From positions 2,336,001 to 2,400,000 of the forward strand of contig CAXXVS010000002.1 of NCBI GenBank assembly GCA_963674755.2: a stretch of DNA of 64,000 nucleotides, given 5' to 3'. The notes under the pieces are model-generated. The model was not told the origin of the DNA and made no database searches. It saw nothing but the letters and a program-made list of their open reading frames with translations. The DNA comes from Desulfobacterales bacterium (GTDB lineage: Bacteria > Desulfobacterota > Desulfobacteria > Desulfobacterales > UBA5852). The translations under genes and the position numbers were made by a program. Below are positions 18,771 through 28,399 of the stretch, piece after piece. Each line of letters begins with the position of its first letter. Position 1 is the stretch's first letter.

Positions 18771-20366
18771 ATGGGAAAAGACAGCTTACTCGAATCCACT
18801 TCCAAGAAAAAGGCGACGGCCAAAGCGGACAAAGAGAAGCCGGCCAAGAAAGCCGCCGCCAAGAAGACCACCAGCAAAAAAACGGCAGCCAAAGCCAAAA
18901 AGACGGCCGCTAAGAAAGCGGCCGGCCCGGCAAAGAAGACGGCGGCCAAGAAAGCCACGGCACCGAAAGCGACGGCAGCCAAGGCCCGGAAGCCGGCCAA
19001 GAAAGCCCCTGCCCCACGAAAACCGGCGGCAAAAAAACTGACCCGCAAAGAGCTGCTGTGGAAAAAATTCGAGCCCCTGTCAGCGGCGGCACGCTATACC
19101 CCCGCGGCCAAAAGCCAGCCGCCGGCCGTGCCCGACCCCCCGTCCTTTTTCAGCGGCATGAGCGAGAGCGACGCCAAGAAGGCCCGGGAGGTCCTGAAAC
19201 GCAAATTCGACTGGGCTGAGATCAAGGCCGCCGGAGAAAAATACGCGGCTGAGATGGCGGCCAAGGCGGAGGCGGAAGCCAAACGTAAGGCCGAAGAGGA
19301 AGCCAAGCGTAAAGCCGAAGAAGAAGCCAAGCGTAAGGCCGAAGAAGAAGCCAAACGCAAAGCCGAGGAAGAAACCAAACGTAAAGCTGAAGAAGAGGCC
19401 AAACGCAAAGCCGAGGAAGAAACCAAACGTAAGGCCCAGGAAGAAGCTAAACGTAAGGCTGAGGAAGAAGCCAAACGCAAAGCCGAGGAAGAAACCAAAC
19501 GTAAAGCTGAAGAAGAGGCCAAACGCAAAGCCGAGGAAGAAACCAAACGTAAGGCCCAGGAAGAAGCTAAACGTAAGGCTGAGGAAGAAGCCAAACGCAA
19601 AGCCGAAGAAGAAGCCAAACGAAAGGCTGAAGAACAAATGACACCCCCTCCCGCAGAGACCGGTGCCGACGCCGGAAAAGGGTTCAACCCCATGAAAATG
19701 GGCATCATCGGCTTTTGCGCCATCATTGCCCTGCTCATCTTTTCCAGCTATTCCAATACCAAGAGCTACTATATCACCGAGAAGGACGGCGCCGTTGAAA
19801 TCTGGCGGGGCATCTTCGCCCCCATGGGCAAGACCCGCCTGATGATCCTGCCCGGTATTCAAATGCCGCCGGAAGTGAAGAAGACTTACGGGTGGCAGGA
19901 TGCGTACCGCCTCATGTACCAGTATTATATCGAGAAAGCGGATGCGACCCTTGCGGTTCCGGGCATCCCGGACACGGCGGCGCTTACCCAGGACCTCGAA
20001 AAAGCGATCTCCTATGCCCCCGATCGGGAAATGCGGGATGCCGCACGCACCCGGCTGGTGAGCATCCACATGCAGACCTTGATCCAAAAGGCCCAGGCCG
20101 CGATGAACCGCGGCACCGTCGAAAGTGCCGAGGAGGCCATCGGCTTTCTGAAAGAGGCCGCCCGGTACGATTTAAGTGACGCGGAAGCCGAAATGGTCCA
20201 GCGCAAAATCGAAGAAGCCGGGGGCGTTCTGGCCGACCGCGAAATGGCCAAGGCCGCCGCGGAGAAGGCCGCCGCTGAAACAAAGGCCCTGGAAGCGGAA
20301 GCCCAATCGCTCAAGGAGGCCTCCCAGAGTGAACCGCCGGCAGCGGCTGAAGAAGCCGGTCATTAA
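18771..20366 (+). CDS. Membrane-anchored protein with K/A-rich H1-like N-terminus, 15x AEEEAKRK repeats, TM and helical C-domain (TolA-like composition)
   Basis: ORF track; start chosen at [30 protein letters not shown]. Confidence 0.85.
   Translation: MGKDSLLESTSKKKATAKADKEKPAKKAAAKKTTSKKTAAKAKKTAAKKAAGPAKKTAAKKATAPKATAAKARKPAKKAPAPRKPAAKKLTRKELLWKKFEPLSAAARYTPAAKSQPPAVPDPPSFFSGMSESDAKKAREVLKRKFDWAEIKAAGEKYAAEMAAKAEAEAKRKAEEEAKRKAEEEAKRKAEEEAKRKAEEETKRKAEEEAKRKAEEETKRKAQEEAKRKAEEEAKRKAEEETKRKAEEEAKRKAEEETKRKAQEEAKRKAEEEAKRKAEEEAKRKAEEQMTPPPAETGADAGKGFNPMKMGIIGFCAIIALLIFSSYSNTKSYYITEKDGAVEIWRGIFAPMGKTRLMILPGIQMPPEVKKTYGWQDAYRLMYQYYIEKADATLAVPGIPDTAALTQDLEKAISYAPDREMRDAARTRLVSIHMQTLIQKAQAAMNRGTVESAEEAIGFLKEAARYDLSDAEAEMVQRKIEEAGGVLADREMAKAAAEKAAAETKALEAEAQSLKEASQSEPPAAAEEAGH
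19266..19625 (+). repeat. 15 tandem 24-bp coding repeats with a perfect 120-bp higher-order duplication (about 19344-19606)
   Basis: Segments 19381-19486 and 19501-19606 are identical. Confidence 0.92.
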
Positions 20367-20398
20367 ACGCTGACACAGCGTTTCTGAACGATAATCCG

Positions 20399-20434
20399 AG
20401 CGGGGAGACGGTGTGATCTGTCTCCCCGCTTTTT
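20399..20434 (+). terminator. Rho-independent terminator
   Basis: AGCGGGGAGAC-loop-GTCTCCCCGCT followed by TTTT. Confidence 0.85.
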
Positions 20435-20672
20435 CTTCCTGGAGAGGGCCCGGCGGTTTCGTCTGCCGGCGAATCCCACCGGAACCCTACCGGAAAAGGC
20501 AAGATCCCCGTTTGGCCCCTGCATTCCCGGTTACCTTGATGATGATGCGCCATGCCGCGCGGGACAATTGCTTCCGCCATGTGGCCCCCTCGGTCTACAA
20601 CAACCGCGCTGCGTCATGCCGGCCGGCGTCCGCCTGGAAGGCCCCGTGCAATTGTCGCGGTGACAATGTCTG

Positions 20673-21911
20673 ATGCCCATCCCGTTCAAATTCCATCGAT
20701 CGTCGCCGGATGCCTGGCAGGGCACATTGTATATCATGTGTTTTGCCCAGATGGTTTCCATGATCGGCTTCTCCAGCATCTTTCCCTTCCTCCCGCTCTA
20801 TGTAAAGTCCCTGGGAACCGTGACATCCCTCAGTCTCGACCTTTGTATCGGCCTGGTTTTCTCGGGACAGGCCTTCAGCATGATGATCGCCTCGCCCGTC
20901 TGGGGGGCTCTGGCGGACCGCTGGGGCCGCAAGCTGATGGTGGAACGGGCCATGTTCGGCGGGGCGGTCATCATGGCGTTGATGGCCTTTGTGCACTCGG
21001 CCGAAGAGCTGGTGGCCCTGCGCATGGTCCAGGGGCTGATCACCGGCGTTATGGGCGCCACCAATGCCCTGGTGGCCGCCACGGTGCCCCGCGGCCGGGC
21101 CGGCTATGCCATGGGACTCATGCAGGTGGCCATGGGCGTGGGACTCGGTTTGGGTCCGGTGATCGGAGGAATGGTCGCGGACGCTTATGGCTACCGGGCC
21201 GCTTTTTATATCACGGCTGCTCTTCTGGCCGTGGCCGGGGTCGTGGTCTGGGCAGGTGTGGAGGAGCATTTCGTGGCCCGGGAATCCGCGGGCCGCGAGG
21301 CCCTGCAATTCGTTAGCGCCTGGCGGCGCGTTTTTTCCTCCCGGGGCGTGCTGCTGGCCTACACCCTGCGGTTCATCAACCAGATGGGCCGCATCGTCTT
21401 CATGCCGATTCTGCCGTTGTTCGTCCTCTCGCTGATCGATAGCCCGGACAAAATCAACAGTTTCACAGGCATCGTGATCGGTGCCTCTTCAGCGGCCACC
21501 GCTATTTTCTCCGTCTACCTGGGCCGCCTGGGCGACCGCGCCGGCTACCGGTGGATCGTCATCATCGGGTTGCTGGTCACCGCTTTCCTCTTTCTCCTGC
21601 AAACCATGGTCACCGCCGGCTGGCAGCTTTTGGGATTGCAGGTCCTCTACGGCGTGGCCCTGGGCGGCATCGTGCCAGGCATCAGCGCCCTGCTGGCGGT
21701 CTTCTCCCGCCAGGGCGACGAGGGCGCGGTCTATGGCCTGGACACCGCCATCACCTCGGGGGCGCGTATGATCGGGCCCCTGCTGGGCGTCGGCATCTCG
21801 GCCTGGTTCGGCGTTCGCATGGTTTTCGGAACCGCCGGCCTGCTCTATCTGGCCGCCGCTTTGCTAGCCGTCTGGGGCTTGCCTCCGGGCAACCACACGC
21901 CCCGCGAGTGA
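20673..21911 (+). CDS. MFS transporter (DHA1/MdtG-like)
   Basis: WGALADRWGRK, LRMVQGL, GPVIGG. Confidence 0.9.
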   Translation: MPIPFKFHRSSPDAWQGTLYIMCFAQMVSMIGFSSIFPFLPLYVKSLGTVTSLSLDLCIGLVFSGQAFSMMIASPVWGALADRWGRKLMVERAMFGGAVIMALMAFVHSAEELVALRMVQGLITGVMGATNALVAATVPRGRAGYAMGLMQVAMGVGLGLGPVIGGMVADAYGYRAAFYITAALLAVAGVVVWAGVEEHFVARESAGREALQFVSAWRRVFSSRGVLLAYTLRFINQMGRIVFMPILPLFVLSLIDSPDKINSFTGIVIGASSAATAIFSVYLGRLGDRAGYRWIVIIGLLVTAFLFLLQTMVTAGWQLLGLQVLYGVALGGIVPGISALLAVFSRQGDEGAVYGLDTAITSGARMIGPLLGVGISAWFGVRMVFGTAGLLYLAAALLAVWGLPPGNHTPRE

Positions 21912-21955
21912 GTGGTCCTGTCTGTAAAGAGGGTGCCGGAACAAGGCCGCTATTT

Positions 21956-22149
21956 AGTGCCCATCCAGATATGGTAGATTTTGGTTCCTGGCAAGGCCGC
22001 AGCCGACTGGCGTCCCGCCGAGCGGGACTTCCCATTTGATTGATTTTTCAACGGTGGGTGCCCGCAGGCGTAGCTTGGGCTACGCCGAGGACCGACAAGA
22101 GGCGAGAACGCCGCCAGGGGCCAAAAAATGCCATCTCTGAATGGGCACT
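21956..22149. repeat. Palindromic MITE-like repeat, copy 2
   Basis: TIRs AGTGCCCATCCAGATATGG / CCATCTCTGAATGGGCACT; internal hairpin GGCGTAGC-TTGG-GCTACGCC. Confidence 0.85.
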
Positions 22150-22349
22150 CTTTAACGGCCCGGGACCTTCCCCTAAGGCCGCAAAGACCTCCACCGCAAA
22201 TTCACTCACAATGGATCGGCCTGTTAAACAGGGTTGCGGACGGATCGGACGATCGTTATGTTGGAGAGAATTCAATGGTCCCGGTTCGGGGACGGCATCG
22301 GCCATAATTTTGTTTCAACATGTATACCTTACCAAAGGCGAGGCAACCT

Positions 22350-23207
22350 ATGGGAAAACTGATCAAGGAAGAAGGCGAAGCGGGAAGGCTCCACATCGAC
22401 ACCCCCCTGATGGGGGAATCCCTGGTGAGCAAGGAGCTGCTGGAAAAAACCGAGGCCAAGGAGTATTTCCGGATGCACCCGGATGTCAATGTGCTCAAGA
22501 TCGGGGGCCAGAGCATCATGGACCGGGGAGGCCAGGCCCTGTTTCCGATCCTGGAGGCGCTCATCAGCGCCAAGGATGAATACAAGATGCTCATCATGAC
22601 CGGCGGCGGCACCCGTGCGCGCCATGTCTACAATATCGGTGTGGACCTGGGTATGCCCACCGGCGTCCTTTCCAAACTGGGGGACAAGGTATCCTGGCAG
22701 AATGCGGAGATGCTCTCGGTCCTGCTGGCCAAGCATGGCGGGGTGAAGATCGGCCACGGCGACAATCTGGAGCAGCTCACCATGTTCTGCCGCCTGGGCT
22801 ACATCCCCATTACCTACGGCATCCCGCCCTACGGGTTTTTCGAACACCCGGCGGAGTACGGCTCGATTCCGCCCCACCGGACGGACTGCGGCGCTTTTCT
22901 CCTGGCGGAGAACATCGGCGCCCGCTCGCTGATTTTTCTGAAAGACGAAAAAGGCCTCTTTGCCAAGGACCCCAAGAAAGTACCGGCTGACGAGCGGGAC
23001 CAGCTGACCTATTACAGCCGCATATCGGCCCGGGAACTCCTCGAACTGGATCTGGACGACCTTATCATCGAGCGGCCCATTATCAACCTGCTGCAGCGGG
23101 CCAAATGCCTCAAGGAATTCCAGATCATCGATGCGATCCGCCATCCCGAACACATCCTGGCAGCCCTCAGGGGCGAGCATGTGGGGACGATCGTCTACAA
23201 AGAATGA
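22350..23207 (+). CDS. Molybdenum storage protein (MosA/MosB)-like, amino-acid-kinase fold
   Basis: KIGGQSIMDRG, TGGGTRARH, DLGMPTGVL, QNAEML, IPPHRTDCGAFLLAE, KDEKGL, ALRGEHVGTI, recalled as Azotobacter MoSto motifs. Confidence 0.82.
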   Translation: MGKLIKEEGEAGRLHIDTPLMGESLVSKELLEKTEAKEYFRMHPDVNVLKIGGQSIMDRGGQALFPILEALISAKDEYKMLIMTGGGTRARHVYNIGVDLGMPTGVLSKLGDKVSWQNAEMLSVLLAKHGGVKIGHGDNLEQLTMFCRLGYIPITYGIPPYGFFEHPAEYGSIPPHRTDCGAFLLAENIGARSLIFLKDEKGLFAKDPKKVPADERDQLTYYSRISARELLELDLDDLIIERPIINLLQRAKCLKEFQIIDAIRHPEHILAALRGEHVGTIVYKE

Positions 23208-23529
23208 AGCATCTGCTCACAGAATCGCTCCCCGGATCGGTCGAACATATAGGGGTCCGCCACCCGAGGTGGAGGGGTTAAATCGAAACCACATGCCAGT
23301 CGGGATCGCTATCAAAATACCTTGGCAATGGTTGCCAACCGGCTGAACACGCACTTCCCGACAGCGCCTTTTGAAGCTGGGTGGCCCCCTCCTCATAAAG
23401 GCCGCCTGTCGCCCTCCTGAAGATACGCTCCGGATTCCGACAGCGATCCCGAATCATCGGACGATCGCCCCATGGACTCATGGCCGGGAATTTTTTCCTC
23501 GCCATGACCCCATGGGAGGTTATGGGCGG

Positions 23530-23748
23530 TTAGCTCCCCTGCCCGCCCCCGTCTTTCTGTCCCTGACCGGCATCAAGGTAAACCACTTGCGCACCGCTCT
23601 CGCGGCAAATATGGTCAAGTTCTTTCTTGCGAATATGCTTTACGTATAGTTTTAAATCAGCGCCGCTCACGCCCACCACGCGAAAACGCGGCTTTTTCTC
23701 ACCCTTTTCGATCTTGCGGCGTTCACGCACGAAAATTTTACTGGCCAT
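23530..23748 (-). CDS. Small basic hypothetical protein
   Basis: RBS AAGGAGAG; MASKIFVRERRK...; divergent from the PadR gene. Confidence 0.7.
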   Translation of the reverse strand: MASKIFVRERRKIEKGEKKPRFRVVGVSGADLKLYVKHIRKKELDHICRESGAQVVYLDAGQGQKDGGGQGS

Positions 23749-23828
23749 GAGGCTCTCCTTTCGCTATCAAGCGTATAGGTAATTCGAATCCTTAAGTTGT
23801 AAACAATATATATGTCCTTGGAGGATAT

Positions 23829-24212
23829 ATGTCAAGATCGTCTGATAAAAACCCCAAGGGAAATTGGCAGCCCGGGTCGGGCAAGGCCCAGCGCTATATC
23901 CAGCCCTCCCTCCTGCTCGCGCTCCAGCGCAAGCCTTCCTATGGGTACGAACTGATTCAGGAAATCGCCGCTTTCGGCTTCGTGGAGGGGTCGGCACCGC
24001 CGGGCATGATCTACCGCCATCTGCGGGACATGGAGGAAAACGGCTGGGTAACATCGGAGTGGCACACCGAGGGGGCCGGTCCGGCCAAGCGAATTTACCA
24101 GCTGACCGCCGAGGGACAGGAGGTCCTGTCGTTCTGGATCGGCTACATGGACCGGCAGGCCCGAAAATTGTCCAATTTCATTACCATGTATCGGTCATCT
24201 CAAGATGAATAA
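23829..24212 (+). CDS. PadR-family transcriptional regulator
   Basis: SYGYELIQ, PGMIYRHLRDME, GPAKRIYQLTAEG. Confidence 0.9.
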   Translation: MSRSSDKNPKGNWQPGSGKAQRYIQPSLLLALQRKPSYGYELIQEIAAFGFVEGSAPPGMIYRHLRDMEENGWVTSEWHTEGAGPAKRIYQLTAEGQEVLSFWIGYMDRQARKLSNFITMYRSSQDE

Positions 24213-24549
24213 TGAATGGGGATGGCAGGATCCAAACAGCCGCCCAGCTTGAACCCGAACTGAAACCTTTGCGGTTTACCTTTCGAGCACTGCATTTTAA
24301 TGTCCTCTATAATTGTCTTCTCTTTCAGATTATGGCACGTAATCGCAGATTTTGGGTGTAGTGATTTCTCTGTGATAACCTACATTTCCCCTCATTAATC
24401 AAAATTTCCCATTTCTTTCCTGATCCGAGTTCTATCACTTATCTACCCGCGATGATAACAACTTGGCGTTGCTTATGCGGAAAACTCGATAATTCACTGA
24501 TAAGAGCGCCAAAGTGGAATAGTGAATACTAAAAGGGGCTTGGAGTCAA

Positions 24550-25116
24550 TTAATGTCCCCCTCGGGGAATGGGAGAAAATCCCTCGCCTTTAGGCGAAGA
24601 CTTTAGTAGGCTTGCGATATTATGAAGAATTACCGCAAGACCTCGCATTCGGTTTATGACATCAAGTATCATTTGGTATGGATCACGAAATATCGCAAGC
24701 CGATGCTCAGCGAAGGGGTGGGGACGCGGTTGCGGGAGCTGATCCGTGAGATCTGCAAGGCGATGGATATAGAGATCATCAAGGGTCATGTTTCCAAGGA
24801 CCACGTCCATCTGTTTGTTTCCGTACCGCCGTATCATTCGGTAAGCCAGGTGATGAAACGCATCAAAGGGAAAACGTCAAGGCGGTTGTTAAGCGAAAGC
24901 CGTATTTTAGCCAGACAATGTTGGGGTCGTCATCTGTGGGCTCGCGGCTATTTTGCAGCATCATCGGGTAATGTCACCGATGAGGTCATAGCTGAATATA
25001 TCGAAAAGCAAACCCACACTGAGCGAGCCCGCGATGACGACTTCACCGTGGACTCGTGAGTCGACTTCAGTCGACCACGTTTGAAGCCACCGCCTTTAGG
25101 CGGTCGGAGCCTTCAC
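24550..25116 (+). mobile_element. IS200/IS605-family element (tnpA only); left end approximate
   Basis: Same subterminal hairpin CGCCTTTAGGCG at 24585-24596 and 25091-25102; ends in TTCAC. Confidence 0.8.
24622..25059 (+). CDS. tnpA: Y1 HUH transposase
   Basis: YHLVWITKYR, DHVHLF (HUH), KGKTS, LWARGYF, EYIEKQ. Confidence 0.95.
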   Translation: MKNYRKTSHSVYDIKYHLVWITKYRKPMLSEGVGTRLRELIREICKAMDIEIIKGHVSKDHVHLFVSVPPYHSVSQVMKRIKGKTSRRLLSESRILARQCWGRHLWARGYFAASSGNVTDEVIAEYIEKQTHTERARDDDFTVDS

Positions 25117-25126
25117 TTCAGATACA

Positions 25127-25154
25127 TTGACTTAACAACGAGTTATGATAGAAT
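25127..25154 (+). promoter_or_regulatory. Candidate sigma70 cassette promoter (Pc-like)
   Basis: TTGACT-N16-TAGAAT with a TGn extension, upstream of array 2. Confidence 0.55.
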
Positions 25155-25235
25155 TCTGATAAATATCAGGTAGTCAAATAAAATAACATTTTTGTCTGAA
25201 AATGGCCTTTGGTGCGGAAAGGCAGATTTCCACTG

Positions 25236-25251
25236 AATAAATAAGTTATGT
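25236..25251 (+). mobile_element. attI-like site heading array 2
   Basis: AATAAATAA-GTTATGT with no upstream palindrome; GTTATGT complements the R'' ACATAAC at 25610; resembles AATAAAATA-GTT of array 1. Confidence 0.6.
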
Positions 25252-25264
25252 CGTAAATAAGAAA

Positions 25265-25609
25265 ATGCTTCCTAAAATATTTTTTGCCATATCTGCAATT
25301 GCATCATTCCTATTGGGCATATTTGTTGTTTTTGAAAAAGGCTATAATCATCATGGTATTTCTATTGATTTAAGCAAAAGTTATATTACAGTGTCTGTGC
25401 TATTCTTTGTTATTTCTATTATATTCTTTATCTTAGCATACCGAGAAAAAATCGGAGAAAATTACGATTCAGATAACAATTATATGTGTTCTGAGTGTTT
25501 AAAACCTTTCAGCGGGAATCAAATACGTAATGATAAATGTCCCATATGTGGTTCTAAGGTTGAAAATCTAAAGGGCTTTTATGACAAGCATCCGAATTTA
25601 AAGGACTAA
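25265..25609 (+). CDS. Cassette gene: 2-TM protein with C-terminal zinc ribbon
   Basis: Two hydrophobic helices, CSEC...CPIC. Confidence 0.8.
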   Translation: MLPKIFFAISAIASFLLGIFVVFEKGYNHHGISIDLSKSYITVSVLFFVISIIFFILAYREKIGENYDSDNNYMCSECLKPFSGNQIRNDKCPICGSKVENLKGFYDKHPNLKD

Positions 25610-25706
25610 ACATAACAAGTCGCTAAAGTCGTTTCGCGCACATTTGTGCGCTTCACTGGGACCTCCGCCGCTACGCGACTCCGGTCCTTTAGCTCCAGCG
25701 TTCTGT
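25610..25706 (+). mobile_element. attC site (array 2, cassette 1)
   Basis: ACATAAC aagtcgctaaag...ctttagctccagc GTTCTGT, directly after the stop codon. Confidence 0.85.
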
Positions 25707-26117
25707 GTAAATGAAATGCTAAATCAAAAATCAATCAAATGGATCAATGTTGAAAAAGAAGGGGAACAATTTTTTGTTCTCGCTATATTCTACTATTTGA
25801 ACGAAGCCAAAAGAATACGTTTTGCCATCGATAAAAAAACAGCCGATGGAATGAGAATTGTCCTTAGTGAACGACCTTTTAAAGAAAAATATGGTAGCGA
25901 CTATTCATATTGGTATTCTGGGTACAGTACTGATAATGAAAACAAAAGTTATGAGTATTACGTTGAAATACGCCTTGGAACAATGAGGCACAAGGAAAAG
26001 AGTCCTTGCTCAAAATCTTTTTGTCAAAATCTAAGATGGTTGACTGAAATCGAATCTATTGTCAATGGGAATGAAAATTGTACCATTTTCGGGAAACGAA
26101 AAGTGTACCACTTCCGC

Positions 26118-26906
26118 TCAGTTAAGGGTTTCGGTTAATGCAGCCGGTGAAGCCGGCGCGGTGTTAAATTCGTTCTTTGACAAAGTGTGCTTTCTGAGCC
26201 GGTAGCTGTGGCCCTTGATGTTGACCACCCGACAGTGGTGGAGCAGCCGGTCGAGGATCGCGGTGGCAATGACCTGATCGCCGAACAGCTCCTGCCAGTC
26301 CCCGAAGCTCTTGTTGGAGGTAATGATGGTGGAGCTTCGTTCGTAGCGGTAGCTGATGAACTGGAAGAACAGGTAGGCTTCCTTGCTGTCGATGGGCAGA
26401 TAGCCCACCTCATCGACCACCACCAGACTGGAGGTCAGATAGGCCTTGTGCCGGGACTGGGGCTGCTCCTTAAGTTTTCGCATCAGGGCGTCCATGGTCA
26501 TGAAGTAGACCTTGAAGCCGTGATGACAGGCCTTGGTGGCCAGTGCGATCGCCAGATGGGTTTTGCCCACCCCCGGAGGCCCCAGGAAGATCACGTTCTC
26601 GTGCTTGGGGATGAAGTCCAGATCGAAGAGCGCCATGACGTCTTTCTTATTGAGATCCGGGTGGAACGAGAAGTCGTAGGCATCGATGGTTTTGGCCGCC
26701 GGAAGGCCCGCGGTCTTCATGGCGGTCTCCACCCGCCGCTTTTCCTTGGCGCCGACTTCCTCCTCCAGCAGGTGATCCAGGAAAGCCATATATGAGCTCT
26801 TGTCGGTTTCGGCCTGCAAAAGGACAGTGTCGAGCACGGCGGCAGCCTGGGTGAGCTTTAGCCGCTGAAGATTGTCCCGAAGGCGGTCTGTAATCAGTTG
26901 GTCCAT
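26118..26906 (-). CDS. istB: IS21 helper ATPase
   Basis: GPPGVGKTHLA, VVDEVGY, ITSNKSF, ILDRLLHH, GHSYR. Confidence 0.95.
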   Translation of the reverse strand: MDQLITDRLRDNLQRLKLTQAAAVLDTVLLQAETDKSSYMAFLDHLLEEEVGAKEKRRVETAMKTAGLPAAKTIDAYDFSFHPDLNKKDVMALFDLDFIPKHENVIFLGPPGVGKTHLAIALATKACHHGFKVYFMTMDALMRKLKEQPQSRHKAYLTSSLVVVDEVGYLPIDSKEAYLFFQFISYRYERSSTIITSNKSFGDWQELFGDQVIATAILDRLLHHCRVVNIKGHSYRLRKHTLSKNEFNTAPASPAALTETLN

Positions 26907-28171
26907 ACCCCACCTCCTTTCTGGGCCGCCTGTTCGTAGACGGACAGCGGCCTGTAGAGCACTTGGGGAAACAGGCTGCCGTTGACCAGACCCCGCGTGG
27001 CCTTGCCCTTGCGGCGGCCGTAGGGTGGTGTCTTCGGCGGCTGTTCGCGGCGCAGCTTGAGGATCTCCTCGATGATGGCCGGATCGGTGATCATCCGCCC
27101 CTTCTCCGGGCTCTCGGTGTGGGTGATCAGCAGCCGGTCGTCGTCGTAAATGCGGATGACGCCGTCCTTGATCCTCAGCAGCACTTTTTTGCCGACCGCT
27201 TCCGGCGGCACCTGGTAACGGCTGGCGTCGTAGGAGATCAGGCAGTCTTTGTAGACCTTCCGGTAGACCTTGATGGCGGTGTCGTAGTCTCTGGGCACCG
27301 GGCCAAGGCTGCGGACCTCCTGCTGCCAGCGCATGTCGACGAGCTGCCGGTGAGTACGGTGCTGGCGCCGGTTGGCGGTCTCCGAGATCCAGTGGAGCAG
27401 ATCCGCATTGGCCTGGTCGATGCTCTCAAACACATAGCCGCGCCAGAAAGCTTCCCGGATGTAGTCGATGGGGCGTTCCACCTTGCCTTTGGTCCAGGGG
27501 CTATAGGGGGCGCACAGCACCGGCTTGAAGCCGCAGTGGTCGGCAAAATCGGTGAACTCGACATTGATGCGCGCTCGCCCATCGGCGCGGCCGGCGAACA
27601 CATGGCGCATGTTGTCATAGAGCAGTTCGAAAGGCACGCCCCCGAGATACTTGAAGGCCCGCAAGTGGGCGTCCATAAACGCCGCCAGAGTGCAGCGGGT
27701 GACGAACTCGGCGTACATGGCCCGGGAAAATCCGAGAACCAGCAGGAACAGATGCACGGTGATGTCGGCGACACCGGCAGCGGCGATCTTAAAGTCGGCC
27801 CAGTCCACCTGGCCTTGCAGACCGGGAACCGTCTCGAATCGCAGGAAGGCCTGACGACGATTGCGGGCTTTGACGGCCCGCACATAGGTTTTGACCGTGT
27901 CGTAGCCGCCGGAATAGCCGAGGTCTTTGATTTTCTGAAAGATCCATGTACCGCGGTAATTGTCCTGCTGGAGCCAGTCGTCGATCATCTGGTGGTAGGG
28001 GGAAAGGATCGATTCCTTGCGCTTGTGTTTACGATACCGGGGCATTGTGGGATCTGCCAGGTACTTGGTGACGGTGTTGCGGTGAATGCCAAGCTTCCTG
28101 GCAATGGCGCGCATCGTGAAGCCTTGGCGGTGATAGGAATGAATGTCCATGAATGCCTCCCTGGTGATCAT
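26894..28171 (-). CDS. istA: IS21 DDE transposase
   Basis: HTH IARKLGIHRNTV, RFETVPG-QGQVDW, LYDNMR, KGKVER. Confidence 0.95.
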   Translation of the reverse strand: MITREAFMDIHSYHRQGFTMRAIARKLGIHRNTVTKYLADPTMPRYRKHKRKESILSPYHQMIDDWLQQDNYRGTWIFQKIKDLGYSGGYDTVKTYVRAVKARNRRQAFLRFETVPGLQGQVDWADFKIAAAGVADITVHLFLLVLGFSRAMYAEFVTRCTLAAFMDAHLRAFKYLGGVPFELLYDNMRHVFAGRADGRARINVEFTDFADHCGFKPVLCAPYSPWTKGKVERPIDYIREAFWRGYVFESIDQANADLLHWISETANRRQHRTHRQLVDMRWQQEVRSLGPVPRDYDTAIKVYRKVYKDCLISYDASRYQVPPEAVGKKVLLRIKDGVIRIYDDDRLLITHTESPEKGRMITDPAIIEEILKLRREQPPKTPPYGRRKGKATRGLVNGSLFPQVLYRPLSVYEQAAQKGGGVWTN

Positions 28172-28318
28172 GGCGGCGCCCTCCTTTAGCAGAGGGTCTT
28201 ACCACCAATTACACCACCGGGGTGGTACACTTTTCATTCCCATTATTGGTACACTTTAGCATTCCCGCCGACATCTATTTCGGATTTAGACAATCTATCT
28301 ATTAATGGACCGGAAAAC

Positions 28319-28380
28319 ACAGAACAAGGGCATTAAGAGCGACGGCAAAAAGCCGCCGCGCTTTATGCCCGGCGTTATAT
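28319..28380 (+). mobile_element. attC site (array 2, cassette 2)
   Basis: ACAGAAC aagggcattaagagcg...cgctttatgcccggc GTTATAT; the R'' complements the cassette start GTTCTGT. Confidence 0.88.
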
Positions 28381-28399
28381 GTGCATGGAAAAGACAAGC

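Larger units (their letters stand above)
26060..28273 (-). mobile_element. IS21-family element with 5-bp target duplication TCTAT
   Basis: TGTC...GACA ends with repeated GGGAATGAAAA(G/T)TGTACCA motifs; TCTAT at 26055-26059 and 28274-28278. Confidence 0.95.
25716..28336 (+). pseudogene. Cassette gene (133 aa when reconstructed) interrupted by IS21
   Basis: Joining 25716-26059 to 28279-28336 restores an open frame ...EIESISDLDNLSINGPENTEQGH*. Confidence 0.85.

Noticed and set aside
19266..19625. Repeats as a CRISPR array
   Set aside because: Contiguous in-frame coding repeats with no spacers and no cas genes
22350..23207. pyrH (uridylate kinase)
   Set aside because: Lacks the KLSGE and GGGN motifs; MoSto motifs fit better
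23278..23505. 75-aa minus-strand ORF
   Set aside because: No recognisable motif or clear RBS; cannot support as a gene
24525..24565. Remnant of an intI 3' end (reads KGLGVN)
   Set aside because: No upstream TMIYTH-like sequence, preceded by a stop; likely chance
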